A stretch of DNA of 64,000 nucleotides from an uncultured Alphaproteobacteria bacterium. GTDB lineage: Bacteria; Pseudomonadota; Alphaproteobacteria; HIMB59; GCA-002718135. Below, piece after piece: positions 9,735 to 20,106 of the stretch (positions within the stretch are counted from its first letter, which is position 1; each line of letters opens with the position of its first letter). The stretch lies in NCBI GenBank assembly GCA_902522865.1, contig CABYXC010000001.1:121693-185692 (forward strand), in the 5' to 3' direction. Under the pieces are notes generated by a model that made no database searches, was not told where the DNA came from, and was given only the letters and a program-made list of their open reading frames with translations. Both the position numbers and the translations under genes were made by a program.

Positions 9735-10584
9735 TTATAGAATTTGAAAATAAACAACCGAAATACCACTCACTATTAAAATAGAAGGTATTATTCGAGA
9801 TTTTGCATTCTTCTCAAATAAGAAAAGCATTCCAATAATTGCAGCAAACACAATGCTTATTTCTCTAATACTAGAGACATAAGCTATTTCTATAAATTGC
9901 ATACTCCAAACAACAATTGCGTAACTACTTGTTGCAAAGACACCAGCAGCAATGCCTGATCTAAAAGTGTATGTTTCTCTTTTTCGTAAATCATCTTTAG
10001 AGATCAAACAAATAATTAGTAAAGGTATTCCATTAAGTGTGTAGAGCCAGTAAATATAGGAAAAACCATTTTCAGAAAGTCTAACCCCGACCCCGTCAAC
10101 TAAAGTGTAAGCAGTAATTAGAATAGCCGTTGATATTGCGAGAGCAAAACCTCTGAAGTTAAAAGATAAATTTTTAGAATAAGAAATTAAAAATAACCCA
10201 ATACAAACAATTAATATTCCAACAAAACCAGCAACACTAATATTGGAACTTAAAAATAAAATACTAATGATCGCTACAAACAAACATGAACTTCCTCTAG
10301 AAATTGGATATATGTAAGAGAGATCACCGTACCTATATGAGTAGATAACATTTAGTCTGTAGAAGACATGAATGATGACGGTTGCTATTAAAAAATACCA
10401 AACCTCTAAAGTTGGAAATGGAACAGTAAATGTTAAAGGTAAAAAAAATAGTAACTTCCAAGACAGACGTTATACCCATTAACGATAAAGGGTTCTTACT
10501 TGATTTTATTATAGCACTCCAAACTGCATGACATAGAGCAGAAACAAGAATTAAGATAAAAATAAAATTTACTGACAATGTCAT
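9735..10584 (-). pseudogene. EamA/DMT permease interrupted by a +1 frameshift at an A8/T8 homopolymer (10441-10448)
   Basis: Track ORFs 10333-10584 and 9735-10283 are two pieces of one gene. Shifting frame at the T8 run gives ...LEVTIF LPLTFTVPFPTLEVWYFLIATVIIHVFYRLNVIYSYRYGDLSYIYPISRGSSCLFVAIISILF..., a continuous EamA-like sequence of about 282 aa. Confidence 0.7.
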
Positions 10585-10598
10585 CAGTAGATAAGAAT

Positions 10599-11492
10599 TT
10601 ACTTCATGCCTGTCAAAGTAATTCCTTCAATAAATCGTTTTTGCGCGATTATAAAAGCAACAATAAGGGGAACTGTTACAGTAACTATTGAAGCCATCAT
10701 AGGACCAAATTCGTCACTATCAATCCCACCTCTGAATTCTCTTATACCAAGCGGTGGAGTAAAGAGATCTCTATTTCCTGTTATTACCATACGAGGCCAG
10801 AAATAATCATTCCAGTGTGCAACAACTGAGAATATTGCAAAAGCAAGTAATGCTGGTATTGCAGTTGGAAGCATTACTTTCCATACGATTGCGTACTCTC
10901 CCATGCCATCCATCCTGGCGGCATCAATTAATTCATCGGGCACAGTCATAAAGAATTGCCGCATTAAAAAAATTCCAAACACCGATATAGTCCAGGGAAG
11001 TATCAAGGCGGAATAGGTGTCAACTAATCCTGCCTGAGCCAACATAACATATAATGGAAGCGCAATTCCGTGAACTGGAATGAGCAAGCAAAATAAAACC
11101 ATCGAGAAAACAAATTCTCGTCCGTAAAACCGTAACTTTGCGAGTGCATACGCACATGGTAAGGCGACTAAAACCTGAATGATGAAGATTGATAAAGTAA
11201 CAATGACACCATTCATTAAGTATCTAGGAATAGGAGCTTTTTCAAAAGCAAACCAATAGTTGTATTGATATGGCTTCATTGTACATGTTTCTTCTGAATA
11301 GCCAGTTTTAACACATACGGGAAACGTTTGAGTTTCTTGTGCACCAATAAGACCGCCAGAAATTGATTGGATTTCTTGCTGAGATTTTAATGACATAGAA
11401 ACCATCATATAAAAAGGGAGCATCACTACGATTGCACCAATAATTAAGATTGCATGCTTCCAACCTTCTCCAATATATTGTTTAGCTTCCAT
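10599..11492 (-). CDS. ABC transporter permease (MalG/UgpE-like)
   Basis: 297 aa, six TM. EAA-loop region DELIDAARMDGMGEYAIVWKVMLP. Confidence 0.85.
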   Translation of the reverse strand: MEAKQYIGEGWKHAILIIGAIVVMLPFYMMVSMSLKSQQEIQSISGGLIGAQETQTFPVCVKTGYSEETCTMKPYQYNYWFAFEKAPIPRYLMNGVIVTLSIFIIQVLVALPCAYALAKLRFYGREFVFSMVLFCLLIPVHGIALPLYVMLAQAGLVDTYSALILPWTISVFGIFLMRQFFMTVPDELIDAARMDGMGEYAIVWKVMLPTAIPALLAFAIFSVVAHWNDYFWPRMVITGNRDLFTPPLGIREFRGGIDSDEFGPMMASIVTVTVPLIVAFIIAQKRFIEGITLTGMK

Positions 11493-12448
11493 TAATAATG
11501 AACCCTCTTCTCAATGACATATCTTTGGAAAAACGTTAACACAAGAATAAATCCAATAAAGACAACAGTGATTGCTGCACCGATACTTGTTAAGTTTTGT
11601 TGAATAGCTTTTTCAAAGATTGCATACATCATAACATACGTTGTTTTTGATGGACCACCTTTGGTTAGTATTTCGATGGTATCAAATACTTGAAACGTTC
11701 TAATTGTAGTAATAGTCACAACAAACAACGTTGTTGGACCAAGCATTGGCCATGTAACAAGTTTAAATTGCTCCCATGTAGATTTAGCCCCATCCATTTC
11801 TGCAGCTTGGTATAACTCCCTTGGTATACTTGTTAAGCCAGCTAAATATAAAACCATATTAAAACCAAAAGCCTGCCAAATTCCTATGAAACATACTGTC
11901 CAAATCGCAGTATTTTTTTGTTTTAACCAATATGGAAAATCCATGTTGTTTGCACATGCTGCAGCATACCAACTTTCTTGTGAGTCTACCCATGGCAACC
12001 AATGAAAACCAAGAATGAATTCCCTAACTCCCCCACACCCATTTGCTAAAAAACTATTTACAATTCCTAATGTTGGATGAAGAGTAAATTCCCATGCAAT
12101 TGCCATTGCAAGAAGAGTTGCCATAACTGGAAGAAAAAAAATTGTTTTATATATATCAGCACCAAACCTTAGTGAATTTATGAGCATAGCAGCACATAAT
12201 CCAAGTACAACAGAAATTGGAACGACAACAATAACATACGTCGCTGTGGCCCAAATCATTTTGACATATGTTTTTCGATTGAACATCTTGTCATAATTTT
12301 CTAGTCCAACCCACTCGAATGTTTTGTTTCCTAAATTGTAGTCAGTAAAAGAAATACCTCCTGCAAGAAAAAGAGGAAAGATTAAAATAATTATCATCAG
12401 TATGATTGCTGGTGCAATAAACCATATGTGAGCTTTTGAATTATGCAT
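11492..12448 (-). CDS. ABC transporter permease (MalF/UgpA-like)
   Basis: 318 aa. EAA-loop LYQAAEMDGAKSTWEQFKLVTWPML. 1-nt overlap with the next permease gene. Confidence 0.85.
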   Translation of the reverse strand: MHNSKAHIWFIAPAIILMIIILIFPLFLAGGISFTDYNLGNKTFEWVGLENYDKMFNRKTYVKMIWATATYVIVVVPISVVLGLCAAMLINSLRFGADIYKTIFFLPVMATLLAMAIAWEFTLHPTLGIVNSFLANGCGGVREFILGFHWLPWVDSQESWYAAACANNMDFPYWLKQKNTAIWTVCFIGIWQAFGFNMVLYLAGLTSIPRELYQAAEMDGAKSTWEQFKLVTWPMLGPTTLFVVTITTIRTFQVFDTIEILTKGGPSKTTYVMMYAIFEKAIQQNLTSIGAAITVVFIGFILVLTFFQRYVIEKRVHY

Positions 12449-13574
12449 TAGTAAATTGAACTCTCATTCCTGCTTGATTAAATAGTAATGCTTTATCTGA
12501 AACTCTTTTTATATTTACACTTGAACCGTTTGAAATTTGGTGAGTAAATTGTGGTAAGCCCCTTACAATTATTTTATTTGAACCGTCTTCAATATTTACA
12601 TGAAAGAAAATATCTGAACCTAAATTTTCTCTATATGCAACTGTTCCACTAAATGTATTTTCATTACTTTCATTTGTAATTTCTAAATGTTCTGGTCGAA
12701 TACCAATATGTAAATCTGTATTACTTTCAGAACTTTTTCTTTTTAGGTTAACGTTGAGAAAACCAACCGTCCCACCAGAGTCCGAAGTTCCTTTAAATAT
12801 ATTTATTTTTGGACTTCCAACAAACTGAGCTACACTTAATGAGGAAGGATTATCATATACTTCTTCAGGTGTATCTAGTTGTAATAAATTTCCATCAATC
12901 ATAACTGCCATTCTAGAAGACATAGTTAACGCTTCTGCTTGATCATGTGTTACGTACACAAAAGTAGTTTTAAGTGAATTATGAAGTTCAGATAGTTCAG
13001 ATCGCATGTGAACTCTCAAAGCTGCATCTAAATTTGAAAGAGGCTCATCCATTAAAAAGGCAACAGGCTCTCTAACCATAGCACGACCAAGAGCAACTCT
13101 TTGTCTTTGACCACCTGACAATTGTCCTGGTTTTCTATCCAATAGTTCTGAAATTTTTAGAGTTTCAGAAGTTTTATTTACTAATTGATTTATAGATTCT
13201 GTTTTCTCTTTTTTGCTTGGAGAAAAATTACCAATCAAGGGCAGTCTTTCAAATGCATTATAATCCCTGAGTCTTAATGGAGTTTCTAAATTTCTTCTTA
13301 CTGTGAGATGAGGATAAAGAGCATATGATTGGAAGACCATTGCCAAATCTCTTTCACTGGCTCTAACTCTATTTACATTTTTATTATCTATTAATACATC
13401 ACCTGAAGTCTGCTGTTCCAATCCTGCAATTATTCTAAGTAATGTAGATTTACCACAACCAGATGGACCAACTAACGTTAAGAATTCTCCATCGTTTATA
13501 TCAACATTCAAATTATTAAGTACTTGTGTAGACCCAAATGACTTTGAAATATTTTTAAGTGATATTGTCCCCAC
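12441..13574 (-). CDS. ABC transporter ATP-binding protein (MalK/UgpC-like with C-terminal regulatory/TOBE-like domain)
   Basis: 377 aa with GTG start. Walker [10 protein letters not shown], signature LSGGQRQR, Walker B FLMDEPLSNLD. GGGGG Shine-Dalgarno-like run upstream. Confidence 0.9.
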   Translation of the reverse strand: MGTISLKNISKSFGSTQVLNNLNVDINDGEFLTLVGPSGCGKSTLLRIIAGLEQQTSGDVLIDNKNVNRVRASERDLAMVFQSYALYPHLTVRRNLETPLRLRDYNAFERLPLIGNFSPSKKEKTESINQLVNKTSETLKISELLDRKPGQLSGGQRQRVALGRAMVREPVAFLMDEPLSNLDAALRVHMRSELSELHNSLKTTFVYVTHDQAEALTMSSRMAVMIDGNLLQLDTPEEVYDNPSSLSVAQFVGSPKINIFKGTSDSGGTVGFLNVNLKRKSSESNTDLHIGIRPEHLEITNESNENTFSGTVAYRENLGSDIFFHVNIEDGSNKIIVRGLPQFTHQISNGSSVNIKRVSDKALLFNQAGMRVQFTNA

Positions 13575-13632
13575 TCATTCCCCCTGTATCTTAACTTTAA
13601 TCTACAAAATTTTATTAAATTTGAGAATATTT

Positions 13633-13661
13633 TAAATCTATTTATTTCAGTTTTATTTCAA
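13633..13661 (-). promoter_or_regulatory. candidate Pho-box-like site TTGAAAT-AAAA-CTGAAAT-AAAT-AGATTTA followed by TAAAAT
   Basis: 7-4-7-4-7 direct-repeat architecture read on the minus strand. It sits in the divergent spacer between the ABC ATPase gene and phnA. On the plus strand it appears as 11-bp-periodic TTTATTTCA repeats. Confidence 0.3.
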
Positions 13662-13750
13662 TTTTATTAACAAATATTCAAATTATGATTGAGTTTAACT
13701 AGCAGATAACTATAAATTCGTATTTTTAATAAAATATATTAGTTGAATTC

Positions 13751-14992
13751 GTGTACGATAATTTAGAAATTAATAAAAGAGAATATCCAAGCTCTTTCTC
13801 AAAAACTGCTATTGTTATATGCCTTGATGGTAGTCAAAAAGAGTATCTCGAAGAAGCATCAAAATCTAATCTTACACCAAATCTTGATAAATTAATTGCA
13901 AGTGGTGAAAACCTACTAGTACACAGCGCTATTCCAAGTTTTACAAATCCAAATAACATTTCGATTGTAACAGGCCAACCAAGTTCTGTACACGGTATAT
14001 GCGGAAACTTCTTTTATACACCTGAGACGGGTGAAGAAGTTATGATGAATGACCCAAAATATATGCGAGCACCAACTATTTTTGAAAAATTTTACAATTC
14101 TGGTTCTAAAATTGCTCTTGTTACTGCAAAAGACAAGTTGAGAACACTTTTAGGAAACGGATTAAGTTTTGATGATGAGAGAGCTATTTGTTTTTCTGCT
14201 GAAAAATCTGATCAAGCAACAAAAGATCTCAATGGTATAGATAATGTAAACGATTGGTTGGGGATGCCAGTGCCAGAAGTATATTCTGAAGGACTCTCTG
14301 AATTTGTAATGGCTGCAGGTGTAAAACTTCTTGAAGAGTTTAAACCAAATATTATGTATTTATCGACTACGGATTATATTCAACACAAATATGCACCGGG
14401 AAATGAAACAGCAAATAAATTTTATGCAATGTTTGATAAATATATTGGTCTTTTAAATAAGGAGAATGTTTCTATAATCATCACAGCAGATCACGGAATG
14501 AAACCAAAATCAAAAGAAGATGGTTCACCTAATGCAATATTTTTACAAGATTATTTAGATAAAAAATTTGAACCAAACATGGCTAAAGTCATCCTACCAA
14601 TTACAGATCCATATGTTGTTCATCATGCTTCACTTGGTTCTTTTGCAACAATTTATTTAGAAGACAAGAGCAAGGTAGATTCAGTTGTAAATGCTATTAA
14701 AGAAATAAAAGATATAGAAGTTGTTTTAACAAAAGATGAAGGATGCTCTACTTACAATTTACCTCCTGATAGAATGGGAGATATTATATGTATGTCTTCA
14801 GAATTTATGACTATTGGTTCATCGGAAGATAAACACAATCTTTCTGGATTAAATGAACCTTTACGTTCTCATGGAGGACTCCATGAAAGAGAAGTGCCAT
14901 TCATATCAAATTTAAAATTACAAAACTTAGATACTAGCAAACAATTATATAACTATGATGCATTTTATTATGCAATAAATGGAGCCCTATGA
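13751..14992 (+). CDS. phnA: phosphonoacetate hydrolase (alkaline-phosphatase superfamily)
   Basis: 413 aa with GTG start. Blocks [51 protein letters not shown] and LRSHGG, which I recognise from characterised phosphonoacetate hydrolase. 4-nt overlap with the next gene. Confidence 0.85.
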   Translation: MYDNLEINKREYPSSFSKTAIVICLDGSQKEYLEEASKSNLTPNLDKLIASGENLLVHSAIPSFTNPNNISIVTGQPSSVHGICGNFFYTPETGEEVMMNDPKYMRAPTIFEKFYNSGSKIALVTAKDKLRTLLGNGLSFDDERAICFSAEKSDQATKDLNGIDNVNDWLGMPVPEVYSEGLSEFVMAAGVKLLEEFKPNIMYLSTTDYIQHKYAPGNETANKFYAMFDKYIGLLNKENVSIIITADHGMKPKSKEDGSPNAIFLQDYLDKKFEPNMAKVILPITDPYVVHHASLGSFATIYLEDKSKVDSVVNAIKEIKDIEVVLTKDEGCSTYNLPPDRMGDIICMSSEFMTIGSSEDKHNLSGLNEPLRSHGGLHEREVPFISNLKLQNLDTSKQLYNYDAFYYAINGAL

Positions 14993-16431
14993 TGCACAAA
15001 AAAATGATTAATGAAGCAATACGTATTGCTGGAGAAAAAGTTACTTCAGATAAAACAATAAATGTTGAGTACCCTTTTACAGGTGAAGTAATCGGAACGG
15101 TTCCAGCCGGTACCGCAGAGCATGCAAGAAAGGCTTTAGATATAGCTGCAAATTATCAGCCTAAACTTACAAGATATGAGAGACAAAAAATTCTTCAAAC
15201 TGCTGCAGAAGTACTTGTTAAAAGAAAAGAAGAAATTTCTGATATTATTACTTTAGAACTTGGTATCTCAAAACAAGATTCTTTATACGAAGTAGGAAGA
15301 GCTTTCGATGTATTTTCATTAACGGCTCAACTTTGTATTCATGATGATGGAGAAATATTTTCTTGTGATTTAACTCCACATGGAAAAGCCAGAAAAATAT
15401 TTACCATAAGAGAACCTTTAACGGCAATCTCAGCAATCACCCCATTTAATCATCCTTTGAATATGGTAGCGCATAAAATTGCACCTTCAATTGCAACTAA
15501 TAATTGTACTGTATGTAAACAAACAGAATTAACACCTTTAACAGCAATGGTACTCGCCGATGTTTTATATGAAGCAGGCCTGCCACCCGAAATGTTTTCA
15601 GTTGTAACTGGATGGCCTCAAGACATTGGATCAGAAATGATCAAAAATCCAAACATTGATCTAATTACTTTTACAGGCAGTGTGGGTGTAGGAAAATTAA
15701 TTGCTGAACAAGCTGGATACAAAAGAACTGTTCTTGAGTTAGGTGGTAATGATCCATTAATTGTTTTAAATGACTTAGATGGTGATGATCTTAAAAAAGC
15801 TGTTGAACTAGCTGTTACGGGAGCAACGAAAAATTCTGGTCAACGTTGTACAGCTGTTAAAAGAATATTGGTTCAAGAATCCATTGCAGATCAATTTGTT
15901 GAAATGGCTCTTGAGCGTGCAAAGAAAATTAAATTTGGTGATCCTATGAATATGGAAACAGACTTAGGTACAGTTGTTAATGTTCAAGCTGCAGAACTTT
16001 TTGATAAAAGAGTTTCTATGGCTGAAGAAGACGGCGCAAAAATTTTATATCACCCTGGAAGAAAGGGTGCTTTGTTACCTCCAATAGTTGTAGATCATGT
16101 TGATCCTAAAAGTGAATTAGTTTTAGAAGAAACATTTGGTCCAGTTATCCCAATCATTCGTGTGCCTAATGACGATGAAGCTGTAATGAAAATATCTAAT
16201 TCAACCGCATTCGGATTATCATCTGGTGTATGTACAAATAACTTCATGCGAGCAAAAAAATATATTCAAGGTTTAAATGTTGGTACGGTAAATATTTGGG
16301 AGGTTCCAGGTTATAGAATTGAAATGTCTCCTTTTGGAGGAATTAAAGATTCAGGTCTTGGTTACAAAGAGGGTGTTATTGAAGCAATGAAAAGCTTTAC
16401 TAATGTAAAAACCTTTTCGCTACCTTGGTAA
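14989..16431 (+). CDS. phnY: aldehyde dehydrogenase, probable phosphonoacetaldehyde dehydrogenase
   Basis: 480 aa. ALDH blocks ELGGN and GQRCTA (catalytic Cys). Translationally coupled to phnA. Confidence 0.75.
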   Translation: MMHKKMINEAIRIAGEKVTSDKTINVEYPFTGEVIGTVPAGTAEHARKALDIAANYQPKLTRYERQKILQTAAEVLVKRKEEISDIITLELGISKQDSLYEVGRAFDVFSLTAQLCIHDDGEIFSCDLTPHGKARKIFTIREPLTAISAITPFNHPLNMVAHKIAPSIATNNCTVCKQTELTPLTAMVLADVLYEAGLPPEMFSVVTGWPQDIGSEMIKNPNIDLITFTGSVGVGKLIAEQAGYKRTVLELGGNDPLIVLNDLDGDDLKKAVELAVTGATKNSGQRCTAVKRILVQESIADQFVEMALERAKKIKFGDPMNMETDLGTVVNVQAAELFDKRVSMAEEDGAKILYHPGRKGALLPPIVVDHVDPKSELVLEETFGPVIPIIRVPNDDEAVMKISNSTAFGLSSGVCTNNFMRAKKYIQGLNVGTVNIWEVPGYRIEMSPFGGIKDSGLGYKEGVIEAMKSFTNVKTFSLPW

Positions 16432-16566
16432 ATAAACCAGTTTTTCTCTAATTTTTTTAATGCTGTGGAAAAATAAGCTTATTTTTTAGTAATATTTTCG
16501 TAATAAAATTGTAACCCTTTGAGGCTACGTGTTAGATTAATATTATATTTGAATCGGAGGGATTAA

Positions 16567-17820
16567 ATGAAAAAATTAATTACAGGATTTGCAGCCGTAT
16601 TAGCTTTTGGTTTTTATGGTTCTGTTAATTCAGCTAAGTCTATTGAAATAGAAGTTGCTTATCCTTATTCAGGATTATTCGATGTTACGTTTCAAGCTAT
16701 TATGCCAGAGTTTGAAAAAGCACATCCAGATATTCAAGTTAAATTTAGAGCAACTTATGAAAACTATGAGGATGCAACTGCAACAATCTTCAGAGAGTCT
16801 ACTTCAGGTAATTTACCAGATGTAACAATGCAAGGTCTTAACAGACAAGCACCTCTAGTTGACAAAGGCATTGCTAAGTCTTTAGAGCCATTTATTGCAA
16901 AAGAAGCTGCTTTTGAAAAAGATGGTTACCATTCTGCTATGTTAAGTCTTTCAACATTTGGTGGTGAAGTTTATGGATTACCATTTTCTGTATCAACACC
17001 AGTTGGATATTATAACATGGATTTATTAGCTGAAGCAGGTGTAAATAGTATTCCAACTAACTGGGACGAAGTTATTGCAGCATGTAATAAATTGGAAGCA
17101 GCAGGTAAAGGAACTCTATACTTTGGTTGGAACATCACAGGTAACTGGTTCCACCAAGCATTAATGCACACTCAGAATGTTCCAATGGTTAAAGATGGAG
17201 CTGTAAATATGGGTGGTGATGCAGGACTTGCAACGTTAGAGCAAATGAAAGCAATCATGAGCGGATGTAATATGCCAAACTATTCAATTGCTGATGGTCA
17301 AGCTGCGTTTAACGCAGGTACTATTGGTATGATGTTCTGGTCTACTTCAAGCTTGGGTTCAGTTAATGCTGCAAAGGCAGACTTTGTTTTAAAGACTGCA
17401 CCATTCCCTGGAATGGCTGGAGTTAACAATGGAACACCTGCAAGATTACCAGCAGGTGGAAACGCTGCAATGTTAGTGTCTACATCTGATGATCCAGCAA
17501 GAGTTGATGCTGCATGGACTTTCTTAAAGTTCATTACATCAGGTATCGGTGCTGCATTAGTTGCTGAAACAACTGGATATGTTCCACCAAACAAAGCAGC
17601 GAATGAATTATTAGGTGATTTCTATAGTAAAAACCCTAATAAACTTACTGCAGTTGAACAACTTCCACTTCTTGCAGATTGGTTTGCATATCCTGGAGAA
17701 AATGGATTAGCTGTTACGCAGGTAATCTATGATTACACAGAAGAAATTGCTACAGGCGACGCTGATGATATGGCAGATCTCCAAGAAGAAATGATGGAAG
17801 AAATAAACGATCTTATGTAA
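16567..17820 (+). CDS. ABC transporter periplasmic substrate-binding protein, family 1
   Basis: 417 aa with signal peptide MKKLITGFAAVLAFGFYGSVNSA and a strong GGAGGG RBS. Probably the missing SBP for the divergent permease/ATPase genes. Confidence 0.8.
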   Translation: MKKLITGFAAVLAFGFYGSVNSAKSIEIEVAYPYSGLFDVTFQAIMPEFEKAHPDIQVKFRATYENYEDATATIFRESTSGNLPDVTMQGLNRQAPLVDKGIAKSLEPFIAKEAAFEKDGYHSAMLSLSTFGGEVYGLPFSVSTPVGYYNMDLLAEAGVNSIPTNWDEVIAACNKLEAAGKGTLYFGWNITGNWFHQALMHTQNVPMVKDGAVNMGGDAGLATLEQMKAIMSGCNMPNYSIADGQAAFNAGTIGMMFWSTSSLGSVNAAKADFVLKTAPFPGMAGVNNGTPARLPAGGNAAMLVSTSDDPARVDAAWTFLKFITSGIGAALVAETTGYVPPNKAANELLGDFYSKNPNKLTAVEQLPLLADWFAYPGENGLAVTQVIYDYTEEIATGDADDMADLQEEMMEEINDLM

Positions 17821-17850
17821 TTTGAGATTATTTATTATTAACTTTTTATT

Positions 17851-17883
17851 ACAGCGGCTTTATAAAAGCCGCTGTTTTATTTT
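17851..17883 (+). terminator. rho-independent terminator-like hairpin after the SBP gene
   Basis: 10-bp stem ACAGCGGCTT/AAGCCGCTGT with a 5-nt loop and a T-rich tail. Confidence 0.6.
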
Positions 17884-17907
17884 AAATTTAAATGGGAGTA
17901 AAAATAG

Positions 17908-18987
17908 ATGCCTCTTAAAACAACTACAATAGGTGCTTATCCAAAACCGAAACAAACACCTATTCAAGATTGGTTTTTAGGGACAAAATCAGAAGAAGAG
18001 AGAAAAGCGTCAAAAGGATTATTATCAAATTGGTCACCTGGCGCATATGAAAAAGCATTAGAGTCTGCAGGTGTGGATGCTGAAAAATTATTTTTAGCAG
18101 CAATTAAAGAAGTTATAACTGATCAAGTAAATGCAGGTATCGATGTTCCAACAGATGGTGAAGTTAGGCGCGAGAGTTATGTATTATATCAATGTCGATT
18201 TTTAAATGGTGTAAGTTTTAAGGAAGTTACACATAAGTCAGTAAGACAAGGTGCGTTCGAAGCTGACCTTCCAACTATTGTTGCTCCAATTTCAAGTAAA
18301 GAAATACGTATGCATTTAGACTGGAAGAGTGCACAACAATTTACAAAAAACCCAGTTAAAATTACCCTACCTGGACCAATGACAATTACAGATTCAATTG
18401 CCAACAATTACTATGATGACATGAAAAAACTTGGTTTTGATTTAGCATTAGCCCTCAATAAAGAAGTTAAAGCACTTGTAGATGCAGGTTGTCAGTATAT
18501 TCAAATTGATGAACCAGTATTTGCTAGAAAGCCCGATGAAGCTCATTCTTACGGTATGGAAAATTTAGAAAGAATGATGCATGGTATTCCTAAAGAAGTG
18601 CAACGTGTTTGCCATATTTGTTGTGGTTATCCTAACTCATTAGATTCAGAAGGTTATAAAAAGGCTGATCTAGATGCTTATGATAGAATTGCATCACTTG
18701 TAGATGATTCAACTATTGATGAAGTATCTTTAGAAGATTCACATAGGCATAATGATTTAAATCTTTTAGAAAAATTTACTAAAACAAAAGTAATTTTTGG
18801 ATTTATTGATATTGCAAAAAGTAGAATGGAGTCTGTTGAAGAGGTAAGAGTTCGTATCAAAGATTCACTTGAACATATTGATGAACACCGCTTAATAGCT
18901 GCACCAGATTGTGGTTTAGGTTTCTTTACACGAGAACAAGCAATTGAGAAAATGACAATTTTAACTAAAGCGGCAAAATCAATTTAA
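17908..18987 (+). CDS. MetE C-terminal-domain-like Zn-dependent alkyl/methyltransferase (short, single-domain)
   Basis: 359 aa. N-terminal TTTIGAYPKP. Putative Zn ligands H-x-C in VCHICCGYP and Cys in APDCGLG, as in cobalamin-independent methionine synthase-type enzymes. Confidence 0.65.
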   Translation: MPLKTTTIGAYPKPKQTPIQDWFLGTKSEEERKASKGLLSNWSPGAYEKALESAGVDAEKLFLAAIKEVITDQVNAGIDVPTDGEVRRESYVLYQCRFLNGVSFKEVTHKSVRQGAFEADLPTIVAPISSKEIRMHLDWKSAQQFTKNPVKITLPGPMTITDSIANNYYDDMKKLGFDLALALNKEVKALVDAGCQYIQIDEPVFARKPDEAHSYGMENLERMMHGIPKEVQRVCHICCGYPNSLDSEGYKKADLDAYDRIASLVDDSTIDEVSLEDSHRHNDLNLLEKFTKTKVIFGFIDIAKSRMESVEEVRVRIKDSLEHIDEHRLIAAPDCGLGFFTREQAIEKMTILTKAAKSI

Positions 18988-18991
18988 GGTA

Positions 18992-20104
18992 ATGTGGAAT
19001 TATTTTAATCCTGTTGAAATTATCTTTGGAGAAAATAGATTTAAAGAAGTACATGATGCTCTTAAAAATAAGAACTACATCATAATAACTCATCCAGAAG
19101 AAATTTTTAAAAAATATAGCGATGAATTAAAATCTTCTTCAAATCCACCACTATCCGTTATGACGGATGTTCAGCCTAATCCAGATTATAAGGATATTTT
19201 AGAGCTACAAAAAAAATTTTCTTCAATCAATGAATCGGTAGATTATATTTTAGCTATAGGTGGTGGCTCTGTTACAGACACAGCTAAAGCAATTGCTGCA
19301 TTTAAAGATAAACAAGAATATCTAACAGATTTCGTTCGCAATAAGAAAAGTCCAAGAGTCGAAAATCCAATCAAGATTATTGCAATACCTACAACTTCAG
19401 GAACATCAAGTGAGCTTACGTGTTGGGCCACAATTTGGGATAAAGAAAAAAACAATAAATTATCTTTGGCGCATAAATCTCTTTATGCAGAAAAAACAAT
19501 TATCGATCCATCTATTATGGTTGATAAGCCTTTAGGCTTGACCATTTCAACTGGTTTAGATGCTCTCTCCCATTCAATGGAAAGTATTTGGAATATTAAT
19601 GCAAATCCAGTTTCTGCTTCTCATGCAATACAAGCATCAAAATTAGTATTAGAAAATTTACCACTTCTCACTAAAGATTTAAGAAATGTTGAATTACGCT
19701 CAAACATTGCATTGGCTTGTGTTCATGCTGGTTTAGCGTTTTCCAATACGAAAACTGCTATTGCGCACAATCTATCATACCCTGTGACACTCAATTACGG
19801 TATTCAGCATGGTATTGCTTGTTCATTTACTTTACCCATGATTACTAAAAGTATGGTTGGAATTGATAGTGTAGCTGAGGAGAGACTAAAATTAATTTTT
19901 AACGATAATTTAGAAAACGCTGCAAATCATCTGAGTGAATTTATGCGTTCTTTAGAGGTTCCTCTTAACTTAAATGAAATAAAAGTTCCTGTTCAAGAAT
20001 GGAATAATATAGTAGATGATGCGTTTTTAGGGGAACGAGGTAAAAACTTTATTGGTAATAAAGAAGCCTTCATTTCTTCGGCTAAATCAATGGGACTTTA
20101 TTAG
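18992..20104 (+). CDS. iron-containing (group III) alcohol dehydrogenase
   Basis: 370 aa. AIGGGSVTDTAK glycine motif and His-rich metal-site blocks (LDALSHSMES, AIAHNLSYP). Confidence 0.8.
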   Translation: MWNYFNPVEIIFGENRFKEVHDALKNKNYIIITHPEEIFKKYSDELKSSSNPPLSVMTDVQPNPDYKDILELQKKFSSINESVDYILAIGGGSVTDTAKAIAAFKDKQEYLTDFVRNKKSPRVENPIKIIAIPTTSGTSSELTCWATIWDKEKNNKLSLAHKSLYAEKTIIDPSIMVDKPLGLTISTGLDALSHSMESIWNINANPVSASHAIQASKLVLENLPLLTKDLRNVELRSNIALACVHAGLAFSNTKTAIAHNLSYPVTLNYGIQHGIACSFTLPMITKSMVGIDSVAEERLKLIFNDNLENAANHLSEFMRSLEVPLNLNEIKVPVQEWNNIVDDAFLGERGKNFIGNKEAFISSAKSMGLY

Positions 20105-20106
20105 TA

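Noticed and set aside
17298-17594. 98-aa antisense ORF inside the SBP gene; also 41949-42287 inside pstC
   Set aside because: Both are long only because the sense strand is relatively GC- and Ala/Gly-rich there. No start context or motifs are present.
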